A stretch of 64,000 bases of DNA from an uncultured Acidobacteriota bacterium (GTDB lineage: Bacteria; Acidobacteriota; Thermoanaerobaculia; Multivoradales; SZUA-115): positions 1,248,001-1,312,000 of the forward strand of contig CAWDVR010000001.1 of the NCBI GenBank assembly GCA_963805975.1. The letters are read 5' to 3'. Position 1 is the stretch's first letter; each line of letters starts with the position of its first letter. A model generated the notes under the pieces. It was given only the letters and a program-made list of their open reading frames with translations, was not told the origin of the DNA and made no database searches. The translations under genes and the position numbers were made by a program. This document shows positions 9,406 to 17,591 of this stretch, one piece after another.

Positions 9406-9421
9406 CGTTCCGCAACGCGCC

Positions 9422-10207
9422 ATGGCCGACCTCGTGGACCAGGTCCTTGCCGAGCGCCGGCGGCGAACCTCGAGCCGCGGTTTTCTCGGGGGCCTGATCA
9501 CCGCCTCCCTGCTCCACCTGAGCGTGCTCCTGTCCGTCGTCCTGCTGCCCACCGGGGAGCGGCAAGTGCCCACGGAATACGTCAACGTGCGCGTGGTGCC
9601 GCTGGCCGCACTCGGTACCCCGAAGCCTCCGGTCCCGCGGCCCCAACCCCCCGAGCCTCAGCCCCCCGAGCCTCAACCCGAGGCTCCGACTCCACCGGCC
9701 CCCGAACCCGAGCCAGCCACGAAGCCCAGCCCCGCCGAGCCGGAGCCAGCCCCGCGGGCAACGGCTCCGGTGCTCCCGCAGGCGAAGCCGCAGAAACCGC
9801 AGTCGGAACCGAGGGTAGCGGCACCGGCTGACGAGCCGGCCACGGACGCGGCGCCGGTGCCACCCCAGCGCGCCGGCTCGGCGCAAGGAAGCGTTGCCGG
9901 CACCTCGGCCTTCGGCACCCTGGAAGGCATCGACCCGGATTTCACCTACGATTACTACCTGGACCGGATGCTGGCGCTGATCCACGCGCAGTGGCTACGG
10001 CCGCCGGCCGAGGGAGAGGTCAAGGCCGTGGTGCGGTTCGTGGTGAGCAGGAGCGGCGAGATCACGGACCTGGAGCTCGCCGAGCCCTCCGGCTTCAACG
10101 CCTTCGACCTCGCCGCCCTGCGCGCGGTGCAGAACGCGAGCCCCTTGCCCAGGCTGCCCGCGAGCTACCGTCGCGACTCACTGCAAGTGACCCTCATCGT
10201 CCGCTAG
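9422..10207 (+). CDS. tolA: TolA/TonB-like energy transducer
   Basis: TM anchor with SxxxH, Pro-rich linker, C-terminal SGFNAFDLAALRAV..ASPLP domain; position in tol-pal cluster. Confidence 0.8.
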   Translation: MADLVDQVLAERRRRTSSRGFLGGLITASLLHLSVLLSVVLLPTGERQVPTEYVNVRVVPLAALGTPKPPVPRPQPPEPQPPEPQPEAPTPPAPEPEPATKPSPAEPEPAPRATAPVLPQAKPQKPQSEPRVAAPADEPATDAAPVPPQRAGSAQGSVAGTSAFGTLEGIDPDFTYDYYLDRMLALIHAQWLRPPAEGEVKAVVRFVVSRSGEITDLELAEPSGFNAFDLAALRAVQNASPLPRLPASYRRDSLQVTLIVR

Positions 10208-10226
10208 ACCTTCCCGAAAGGCCGAC

Positions 10227-11627
10227 ATGCGCTGCCACCGCTCTCCACGAACCGCCCTCTACGCCGCCGCCGGCTCGTGGCTCGCCGGCGTGGCGGCACT
10301 CACCGCGCTCGGCGGGCTGGCCTGGGCCTCGCCGGCGTTTGCCCAGGCTCCTCCGGCCACCACGGAACCACCGCCCGGCTCCGGCGTGGTGCTCGAGCTC
10401 TCCGGCGGCCAGGCGGCCTTGCTCAAGCTCGCCTTCCCGGACTTCGAGCGTCAAGAGAGCCTGGCCGGTGCCGCCCGAGATGCCGCGGCGGAGCTCGAGG
10501 CCACGCTCCGCGCCGACCTCGAGGAGACCCGGGTCTTCGAGATCCAGGGGCCACAGGCCCTCTCGGTGCTGACGCTCTCCGGCGACCGCGCCCGGGACTT
10601 CGAGCAGTATCGCTCCCTCGGCAACCAGCTCCTGCTCTCTGCCGCTCTGCTCCGCGAGGGCGACCGGCTGGTCTTCGAGGGCACGCTCTACAACCTGGAC
10701 GACGGCAAGTCGATCCTCGGCAAACGCTACCGCGGCGGCTTCGAGATGGCGCGCCAGATGGCGCACACCTTCGCCGACGAGATCCTGGCCTACCTGACCG
10801 GCCGCGCCGGCATCGCCCGCACCACCCTCGCCTTCTCTTCCGACCGCGACCAGCCGGGGCGCAAAGAGATCTACCTGATGGACTACGACGGCCACAACCA
10901 GCGGCGGCTGACCGCCCACCGCTCGACCTCGCTGTCGCCGGCCTGGGCGCTCGACGGCTCGGGGGTCGCCTATACCTCGTTCTTCAGCGGCACGCCGGGC
11001 ATCTACTTCGCGGAGGTCTCGAACGGCCGCAAGACCCCGATCACCAACCAGGGGCGCTTCAACGTCTCGCCCAGCCTCTCGCCGGACGGCAGGCGCGTGG
11101 TCTTCGCCCGCTCGCTGGACGGCAACGTGGAGATCTTCATCGCCAACCGGGACGGCAGCAACGCGCGCCAGCTCACCCATTCCTCCGCCATCGACACCAA
11201 CCCGAGCTGGAGCCCCAAGGGCAACGAGATCGCTTTCACCTCGAGCCGGGCCGGCAGCCCGCAGATCTACGCCATGGACCCGGAGGGGACCAGCGTGCGG
11301 CGCCTGTCTTTTGACGGCGAGTACAACGACAACGCGGCCTGGAGCCCGGACGGCACCAAGATCGCGTACTCCTCGCGTCGCAACGGCCGCTTCCAGATCG
11401 CCGTGAGCGACGTCGTGACGCTCGACACGAAGGTGCTGACCAACGGTCCCGGCAGCCAGGAGGACCCCAGCTTCTCGCCCGACGGCCGGCGCATCGCCTT
11501 CGCCAGCAAGCGCGGCGCAGGGAAGCAGATCTGGCTGATGGACGCCGAAACCGGTCAGAACCTCAAGCAGCTCACCACGGCCGGCAACAACGACTCTCCG
11601 GCCTGGTCGCCCTACCCCACGCCATGA
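10227..11627 (+). CDS. tolB: TolB beta-propeller protein
   Basis: AHTFADEI, MDYDG, repeated PSWSPDG-type PD40 repeats. Confidence 0.95.
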   Translation: MRCHRSPRTALYAAAGSWLAGVAALTALGGLAWASPAFAQAPPATTEPPPGSGVVLELSGGQAALLKLAFPDFERQESLAGAARDAAAELEATLRADLEETRVFEIQGPQALSVLTLSGDRARDFEQYRSLGNQLLLSAALLREGDRLVFEGTLYNLDDGKSILGKRYRGGFEMARQMAHTFADEILAYLTGRAGIARTTLAFSSDRDQPGRKEIYLMDYDGHNQRRLTAHRSTSLSPAWALDGSGVAYTSFFSGTPGIYFAEVSNGRKTPITNQGRFNVSPSLSPDGRRVVFARSLDGNVEIFIANRDGSNARQLTHSSAIDTNPSWSPKGNEIAFTSSRAGSPQIYAMDPEGTSVRRLSFDGEYNDNAAWSPDGTKIAYSSRRNGRFQIAVSDVVTLDTKVLTNGPGSQEDPSFSPDGRRIAFASKRGAGKQIWLMDAETGQNLKQLTTAGNNDSPAWSPYPTP

Positions 11628-11751
11628 GCGGCGCAGTGAAGACCATTGATCCGATTGATTTCACGGGGTTTTTGCCCACCGGAGGGTTGCCGCCGTGGGC
11701 ACCCGTTTGCTAGAGTCTGCTCGGAGCAGCCGCAGCCGGCGGGCAATCCCC

Positions 11752-11786
11752 CTTGCAGTTTCGTGCCACTTGCAGTTTCGTGCCAC
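11752..11786 (+). repeat. 17-bp perfect direct tandem repeat x2 (CTTGCAGTTTCGTGCCA) upstream of pal
   Basis: Two adjacent copies at 11752 and 11769. Confidence 0.9.
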
Positions 11787-11822
11787 CGGGGCTTTTCGAC
11801 GTGATGGGAGGAGTGAGGGATC

Positions 11823-12404
11823 ATGAGCCGAAAGCAGATCGCGTTTGTCCTTCTACCTTTGGTTGCCGGCCTGGTTCTGGGTTGCCCCAAGAAGAAGCCC
11901 GAGCCACCCAAAGACGAGATCAAGATGGACACCACCCGGGTCGAGCCACCACCGACCCAGGAGATCCCCACCCCGCCGCCGTCCCCGCCGGCTGACGAGA
12001 CCGAGGTCGATCCCCTGGCCTCGGAGGATCTGCGCATCGTCAACGAGGAGGCGCGCCGGCAGGGCTTCACCGCCAATATCTACTTCGAGCTCGACAAAAG
12101 CGACCTGCTCGACGCCTCGCGCGACGCGCTGGCCCGCAATGCGGACTTCCTGAAGCGGCGGCCCGAGTTCGCTCTCACCATCGAAGGCCACTGCGACGAG
12201 CGCGGCACCAACGAGTACAACCTGGCGCTCGGCGAACGGCGTGCCAACGGCGTCAAGTCCTACCTCGCCTCCCTCGGGGTCTCGGCCGACCGGGTGGTGA
12301 CCATCAGCTATGGCGAGGAGCGGCCGGTGTGCACGGCGAGCGACGAGAGCTGCTGGTCGCAGAACCGCCGCGCCCACCTGCTGATCACTGGCCGGAAGCC
12401 GTGA
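11823..12404 (+). CDS. pal: Peptidoglycan-associated lipoprotein Pal
   Basis: Lipobox LVLGC, IEGHCDERGTNEYNLALGERRA, SYGEERP, NRR. Confidence 0.96.
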   Translation: MSRKQIAFVLLPLVAGLVLGCPKKKPEPPKDEIKMDTTRVEPPPTQEIPTPPPSPPADETEVDPLASEDLRIVNEEARRQGFTANIYFELDKSDLLDASRDALARNADFLKRRPEFALTIEGHCDERGTNEYNLALGERRANGVKSYLASLGVSADRVVTISYGEERPVCTASDESCWSQNRRAHLLITGRKP

Positions 12405-12452
12405 CGCAAGGGCCGGAAGCCATGAGAGGGGGGCCGGAAGCCGTGGGAGGGA
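12390..12452 (+). repeat. 21-bp imperfect tandem repeat x3 (GGCCGGAAGCCRTG...) at pal/cpoB junction
   Basis: Units at 12390, 12411, 12432, each carrying an in-frame GTG/ATG. Confidence 0.85.
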
Positions 12453-12457
12453 TTGCG

Positions 12458-13279
12458 GTGAGCCGTTCGACTCCGTTCGCTCTCCTCACTCTGCTGGTGG
12501 CTGGAGGGCTGGCCTCCGGCTGCGTCTCGACGAAGGACATCGAGGCCATCCAGAGCCAGCTCGCGGACATTCAGCGCCAGGTCCTCCAGGTCCAGATGCA
12601 GGCGTCGAGCAAGACCGAGGTCGAAGGGCTGTCCTCCTCCATCTCGCGCCAGACCTCGACGCTCCTCAAGTCCGAGGCGGACATGCAGCTCAAGATGGAG
12701 CAGCTCTCCGCCCAGCTCGAGGAGCTCCAGGCCCGGCTCGAGGACACCAACAACCGGCTCTCCAATGTGTCGCAGCAGATCGCGACCACCAACCAGGAGC
12801 TGAAGGCCTTCCGCGAGCTGCCCCGCTTCCAGCCGCCGGTCGATCCGGCCGCTGGTGTCGTGGACCCGAATGCCCCCAGCCCTCCCCCGCCTACCCAGGC
12901 GACCGACCCGAAGGCGCTCTACGAGGCGGCTTACAGCGACTACGTGCGCGGCAGCTACGACCTGGCGATCCGGCAGTTCCAGGAGTACCTGCAGACCTTC
13001 CCGGAAACCGACCTCTCCGACAACGCCGCCTACTGGATTGGCGAGTGCTACTACCGCCAGCGCAAGTTCAAGCAGGCGATCTCGGCGTTCGACCGGGTGC
13101 TGGAGTCCTACTCGACCAGCGACAAGGTGCCGAGCGCCCTGCTCAAGAAGGGCTACTCCCACCTCGAGTTGGGAGAAAAGGCGCCCGGGCAAGCGCAGCT
13201 CCAGAAGGTGATCCGGGACTTCCCGAAGAGCGATGAAGCCAGTCTGGCGCGGCAGCGCCTGCGGGAGGCGGCGGGCTGA
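12458..13279 (+). CDS. cpoB: Tol-pal system protein CpoB/YbgF
   Basis: Lipobox LASGC, coiled coil, TPR C-terminus (AAYWIGE, KVPSALLKKG); GGAGG before GTG 12458. Confidence 0.9.
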   Translation: MSRSTPFALLTLLVAGGLASGCVSTKDIEAIQSQLADIQRQVLQVQMQASSKTEVEGLSSSISRQTSTLLKSEADMQLKMEQLSAQLEELQARLEDTNNRLSNVSQQIATTNQELKAFRELPRFQPPVDPAAGVVDPNAPSPPPPTQATDPKALYEAAYSDYVRGSYDLAIRQFQEYLQTFPETDLSDNAAYWIGECYYRQRKFKQAISAFDRVLESYSTSDKVPSALLKKGYSHLELGEKAPGQAQLQKVIRDFPKSDEASLARQRLREAAG

Positions 13280-13294
13280 GAGCGCGGCTAGCGT

Positions 13295-13324
13295 TTGACA
13301 GCAAGGGCCGCAGGTTGCTATAAA
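13295..13324 (+). promoter_or_regulatory. sigma70 promoter of rpsT
   Basis: TTGACA-N18-TATAAA with extended TG. Confidence 0.75.
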
Positions 13325-13415
13325 CCGCTGCCTGGGCCGCACCTAGCGTGCGGCCTTTTCACGTCACACCAACAGAACAGAACGTAGACCAGGACAACAG
13401 AGCTGAATCCCCGCT

Positions 13416-13682
13416 ATGGCCAACAACAAATCCGCCGAGAAGCGTGATCGCCAGTCGCTGGTGCGCCGCGATCGCAACCGCACGGTCCGCAGCAACATGC
13501 GCACCGCGATCAAAAAGCTGCGCAGCGCCGTCTCCTCAGCCGACGCCAAGGTCGCCACCGAGCTGCTGCCGGGAACCCTGAGCGTGATCGACGTCACGGC
13601 GCGCAAGAAGGTGATCGCCCGCAACACGGCAGCCCGCTACAAGTCCCGCCTGACCAAGGCGGTGGCTGCGCTCGGCGGCTAG
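13416..13682 (+). CDS. rpsT: 30S ribosomal protein S20
   Basis: MANNKSAEKR...RNR..RS.MRTAIKK...NTAARYKSRL. Confidence 0.97.
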   Translation: MANNKSAEKRDRQSLVRRDRNRTVRSNMRTAIKKLRSAVSSADAKVATELLPGTLSVIDVTARKKVIARNTAARYKSRLTKAVAALGG

Positions 13683-13684
13683 GG

Positions 13685-14233
13685 CTAGAACCCCTCCAGC
13701 AGGTCGCTCACCATCGTTTCGGCGAAGCTCTCGGCCACGTCCTCGATGGCCGCGTCCTCCTGGTCGAAATAGCCGGTCTCCGAGACCTCGACCTGGTAGT
13801 TCTCGCGGAACAAGTAGCGGTCGTTGCTCCACAGCACCGCGCCCTCCGGGCCGGTGCGCCGGAAGCTCATACGGGCGATGACCGCGATCTGGTACTCCGT
13901 GGCCCTACCCTCGGCGTCGAAGGTCACCGGCGTGACGGTGAAGCCGGTGACCGCGCCGGCCAGCACCGCGTCGGACTCCGCCTCGCTCTGCACCACCGCG
14001 AAGCGCTGTCGCGTCACCAGCTCGTCCGCGATGGCATTGGTCAGGGCCTGCTCGACCTGTGAGCGGGGAGTCTGGTTCTCGAGCGGCCGGATGAAGATCT
14101 CGCGCACGTCGGGCGGCAGGTTCGAGCCGCGGCCGACCAGGCTGTAGCCGCAGCCGACGGCGAGCATCGCCAGGGCCACGACCAGGAACCAGCCGAGCGC
14201 TCCCTGCGGCGCCTTCTGCTGTCTCTCTCTCAC
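13685..14233 (-). CDS. lptE: LPS assembly lipoprotein LptE family
   Basis: Lipobox AVGCGY followed by LP...IFIRPLEN pattern. Confidence 0.75.
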   Translation of the reverse strand: MRERQQKAPQGALGWFLVVALAMLAVGCGYSLVGRGSNLPPDVREIFIRPLENQTPRSQVEQALTNAIADELVTRQRFAVVQSEAESDAVLAGAVTGFTVTPVTFDAEGRATEYQIAVIARMSFRRTGPEGAVLWSNDRYLFRENYQVEVSETGYFDQEDAAIEDVAESFAETMVSDLLEGF

Positions 14234-14697
14234 GATCCCACCTCCCGGCTCTTGAGCCTGGCGCCACGCAGCAAGCCGTCCAGCAGGCCGTTGATGAAGC
14301 GACCCGACTGCTCGGATCCGAACTTCTTTGCCAGCTCGATCGCCTCGTCCACCACCACCAGGTCGGGCGTCTCCTGCTCGTAGAGCATCTCGTACACCGC
14401 CAGGCGCAGAATGTTGCGGTCCACGGCCGGCATCCGCTCCAGCCGCCAGTTGTCGGCCTGGGAACGAATCAGCTCGTCGATCTCGTCGCGGTGGGCGAGC
14501 GTGCCGACGAGGAGCGCCCGCGCGTAGTCGAAGGCCTCCTCCACCGTCCGCCGCCGCTCGAGGTACTCCCCCGGCGCACCCGCCAGGTAGTCCGCGCGGT
14601 CGAAGCTCGCCACCACCTGCGGCGCCGTGCTCGACCCCAGCTCGCTCTGGTACAACATCTGGACGGCCATCTCCCGGGCCATGCGCCGCTTGCCCAT
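14230..14697 (-). CDS. nusB: Transcription antitermination factor NusB
   Basis: RRMAREMAVQMLY, DRNILRLAVYE, DEAIELAKKFG, FINGLLD. Confidence 0.96.
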   Translation of the reverse strand: MGKRRMAREMAVQMLYQSELGSSTAPQVVASFDRADYLAGAPGEYLERRRTVEEAFDYARALLVGTLAHRDEIDELIRSQADNWRLERMPAVDRNILRLAVYEMLYEQETPDLVVVDEAIELAKKFGSEQSGRFINGLLDGLLRGARLKSREVGS

Positions 14698-14705
14698 GGC
14701 GGAGC

Positions 14706-15200
14706 TCAGGCCCCGCCCGCGTCCGGTTCCCGGAGCGAGGCGAAGACGTTGGCCATCTCGAGGGCTGCGAGCGCCGCCTCCCAGCCCTTGTTGCCGGCCT
14801 TGCCGCCGGAGCGCTCGGCCGCCTGCTCGCTCGAGTCGCAGGTCAGGACGCCGAAGGCCACCGGCAGCCGATGCCGCTCTGCGACGCGGGCACAGCCCTG
14901 AGTGCAGGCGGCGCAGAGGTAGTCGAAGTGCGGCGTCTCGCCGCGCACCACCACGCCGAGCGGGATGAGGCCGTCGCAGCCCCCTGCCGCGGCCAGCTCT
15001 TCGAGGGCCTGTGGGATCTCCCAGGCGCCGGGCACGCGCACCAGGTGGATGGCGCTGCGTTCCACGCCGTGCCGCACCAGCCCGTCGATCGCCCCTTCGA
15101 TCAGCGTCTCCACCAAGCGGCCGTTGAACCGCGAGGCCACGATGCCGAAACGAAGGCCTCGGCCATCGAGGCGTCCGGATGTCTGGCGGAGGTCGGTCAT
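14706..15200 (-). CDS. ribH: 6,7-dimethyl-8-ribityllumazine synthase
   Basis: SRFN, VPGAWEIP, RGETPHFDY, GKAGNKG. Confidence 0.97.
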   Translation of the reverse strand: MTDLRQTSGRLDGRGLRFGIVASRFNGRLVETLIEGAIDGLVRHGVERSAIHLVRVPGAWEIPQALEELAAAGGCDGLIPLGVVVRGETPHFDYLCAACTQGCARVAERHRLPVAFGVLTCDSSEQAAERSGGKAGNKGWEAALAALEMANVFASLREPDAGGA

Positions 15201-15252
15201 CGAGCGGTGTCGCGGGAAGGCAGGCGGATGCTAGAGGAGGACGGAGGAAAAT

Positions 15253-15329
15253 TGGTCGGGACGCCGGGATTTGAACCCGGGACCCCCTGAACCCCATTCA
15301 GGTACGCTACCAGACTGCGCCACGTCCCG
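15253..15329 (-). tRNA. tRNA-Pro (GGG)
   Basis: CGGGACG...CGTCCCG ACCA cloverleaf; anticodon arm CCTGA-ATGGGGT-TCAGG. Confidence 0.96.
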
Positions 15330-15350
15330 ACCGAAAGGGTGCTTGTCTTG

Positions 15351-15809
15351 TCAGTGCGAGTGCTCGGATCCGAGGAGCTCCAGGATTTCCCGGGCCTGCC
15401 GGAGTGCATCTCCAACGCCTTCGCGGAGCTTTTCTATCCGCTCCTCCGTGTGAGTGTCAAGGTGGCGGACGGCGGACGGGCGTGGCGGCGAGAACAGCGG
15501 CCCGCGGGCCGCCGTTGATTCCGCCTCGAGCTCGGCCACCCGGACCGCCGTCCCGCCGGAGGAAGTCTCGGCTTCCAACCGCTTCTTCGCGCCGGCGATG
15601 GTGAAACCCTCGTCGTAGAGCAGCTCCTTGATCCGCCGGATGATCCCCAGCTCGGCCTCACTGTAGACCCGCTGCCCCGACTTGCTCTTGTTGGGGGCGA
15701 GCAGCGGAAACTCGGTCTCCCAGTAGCGCAGCACGTAGGGCTGGATGTCGAGCAGCTTACAAGCCTCGCCGATCTTGTAGTAGAGGCGCTTCGGTGCGCT
15801 CACGGTCAC
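15351..15809 (-). CDS. MerR-family transcriptional regulator (ihfA-associated)
   Basis: YYKIGE, VLRYWETEFP, LLYDEGFTIAGA; conserved ihfA-merR-tRNA-Pro order. Confidence 0.92.
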   Translation of the reverse strand: MTVSAPKRLYYKIGEACKLLDIQPYVLRYWETEFPLLAPNKSKSGQRVYSEAELGIIRRIKELLYDEGFTIAGAKKRLEAETSSGGTAVRVAELEAESTAARGPLFSPPRPSAVRHLDTHTEERIEKLREGVGDALRQAREILELLGSEHSH

Positions 15810-16135
15810 TGGCCGTCCCGGCCGCGATCCGCGAGCGAGCTACGCAGGCGGCGTGCGGGACGGAAGTTCAACCCCTTGTGGGGCTCGATGAAGATCCTTT
15901 CGCCGCTCGTCGGGTCCACTCCCACTCTCCCTGGCCGTGCGGTCACTTCGAAGCTGCCGAAGTTCTTGATTCGCACCGGCCGGCCATCTCCCAGCGTCGT
16001 CTTCACGGTGTTGAAGATCGCCTCGACGATCTCGCTCGCCTCGCCCTTCGTCAGCCCGCCATGCCGCTGGTAGACCGCATCGATGAGGTCCGCCTTGGTC
16101 AGGCCCGGTCGATCGGAGACATTGCCCTTGCCCAC
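15806..16135 (-). CDS. ihfA: Integration host factor alpha / HU-family DNA-binding protein
   Basis: LTKADL, IKNFGSFEV, GVDPTSGE, FRP; synteny with merR and tRNA-Pro. Confidence 0.8.
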   Translation of the reverse strand: MGKGNVSDRPGLTKADLIDAVYQRHGGLTKGEASEIVEAIFNTVKTTLGDGRPVRIKNFGSFEVTARPGRVGVDPTSGERIFIEPHKGLNFRPARRLRSSLADRGRDGQ

Positions 16136-16241
16136 GGGATCACCCTACCGTTGGATCGACTGCAATCCGTAGATCCCGCGCTCTCTCGAACCATCGGAGC
16201 AGACTCTCTTCGCCGTGGCGCGGAGCTGAAGAAGTGGGTGA

Positions 16242-16270
16242 AGTATAGGGAATCAACCCGGCATGGGCAA
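16242..16270 (-). promoter_or_regulatory. sigma70 promoter upstream of ihfA
   Basis: Minus strand TTGCCC-N17-TATACT. Confidence 0.65.
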
Positions 16271-16286
16271 GAGATTCTGGGGCACT

Positions 16287-17591
16287 TCAGCGTTTGCGGA
16301 TCACCAGCCGGATGGGCACCCCCGGCAGCTCCAGCTCTTCCCGCAGCCGGTTCTCGAGGTAGCGCCGGTAGGGATCATGCCGCGGCAGGGTGCGGTTGGC
16401 GAACAGCATGAAGGTCGGGGGGGCGGTCGCTACCTGGGTGGCGTAGTACATCTTCCAGGGGCGTCCATGGTCGGCCGGCGGCCGGGCGCGGGTGACCGCT
16501 GCCTCGAAGAGCCGGTTGACCTCCGCCGTCCCGAGCTGGAGCTCGTGGGCCGCCAGAGCACGATCGAGAGCCGGGAAGAGCTTCTCGACGCCGCGCCCGG
16601 AGAGCGCCGAGACGTTGACCCGCTCCGGATCGGCCAGGAGCTGGGCCAGGCGCTCCCAGGATCTTTCGAGCTCCTCCCGCTTGTCGGTGGTCAGGAGGTC
16701 CCATTTGTTGATCACCACCACGGCGGCCCTGCCGAGCTCCCAGATGGAGCCCGCGATCGCCAGGTCACCCGAGGTCACGCCGTCGACGGCGTCGATCACC
16801 AGCGCCCCCACCCGGGCGCGCTCGATCTGGCGCCGGGCGAGCATCACGGCGATCCCCTCCGCCTCGCCCGAGACCTGGCTCCGCCGCCGGATCCCCGCGG
16901 TGTCGATCAGCAGGTACTCCTTGCCGCTCCGAGACAGCAGTGTGTCCACCGGGTCTCGCGTGGTGCCCGCCTGGGCGGAGACCAGCACCCGCTCGGTGCC
17001 CAGCAGCCGGTTGAGGAGCGAAGACTTGCCCACGTTCGGCCGGCCCACGATGGCGACCGCCGGCACCGCCGAGGTGGGTTCCGGGGCTTCGGGCTGGACG
17101 GGGAGGGCGAGCGCCAGGGCCTGACGCAGCTCCTCGATGCCACGGCCGTGCTCGGCCGAGACCACCAGCAGCGGCTCGATCCCCAGGGCATAGAACTCCC
17201 CCGCCTGCTCGCGCGCCTCGCGGACGTCGGCCTTGTTGACCACCAGGAACGCGGGCTTGCCGCTCCGGCGCGCACGCTCGCAGACCTCGTGGTCCGCGGG
17301 GGTCAGCCCGGCCTTGCCGTCCACCACTACCAGCAGCAGGTCGCTCTCCTCGATCGCCAGCATCACCTGCTGGTTGAGGCCGAGCACGTCCTCGACGGCG
17401 AGCAGGCCCCCGGTGTCGATCACCTCCACCCGGCGCTCGCCGTCGAGCGTCGCCTCACCCGTGATCCGGTCGCGGGTCACGCCCGGCTGGTCGTGGACGA
17501 TCGACTGCCGCCTGCGCACCAGGCGGTTGAACAGGGTCGACTTGCCGACGTTCGGGCGGCCGACGATGGCGATACGCGGCGTGACGCTCAT
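16287..17591 (-). CDS. der: Ribosome biogenesis GTPase Der (EngA)
   Basis: Two GRPNVGKS P-loops, DTGG/DTAG, NKAD/NKWD. Confidence 0.97.
   Translation of the reverse strand: MSVTPRIAIVGRPNVGKSTLFNRLVRRRQSIVHDQPGVTRDRITGEATLDGERRVEVIDTGGLLAVEDVLGLNQQVMLAIEESDLLLVVVDGKAGLTPADHEVCERARRSGKPAFLVVNKADVREAREQAGEFYALGIEPLLVVSAEHGRGIEELRQALALALPVQPEAPEPTSAVPAVAIVGRPNVGKSSLLNRLLGTERVLVSAQAGTTRDPVDTLLSRSGKEYLLIDTAGIRRRSQVSGEAEGIAVMLARRQIERARVGALVIDAVDGVTSGDLAIAGSIWELGRAAVVVINKWDLLTTDKREELERSWERLAQLLADPERVNVSALSGRGVEKLFPALDRALAAHELQLGTAEVNRLFEAAVTRARPPADHGRPWKMYYATQVATAPPTFMLFANRTLPRHDPYRRYLENRLREELELPGVPIRLVIRKR

Noticed and set aside
11753-11785. TGGCACGAAACTGCA on the minus strand as a duplicated sigma54 promoter
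   Set aside because: GG-to-GC spacing is 9 rather than the required 10, and it points away from pal.
15253-16135. ihfA-merR-tRNA-Pro(GGG) cluster as a novel system
   Set aside because: A widely conserved, already known arrangement.
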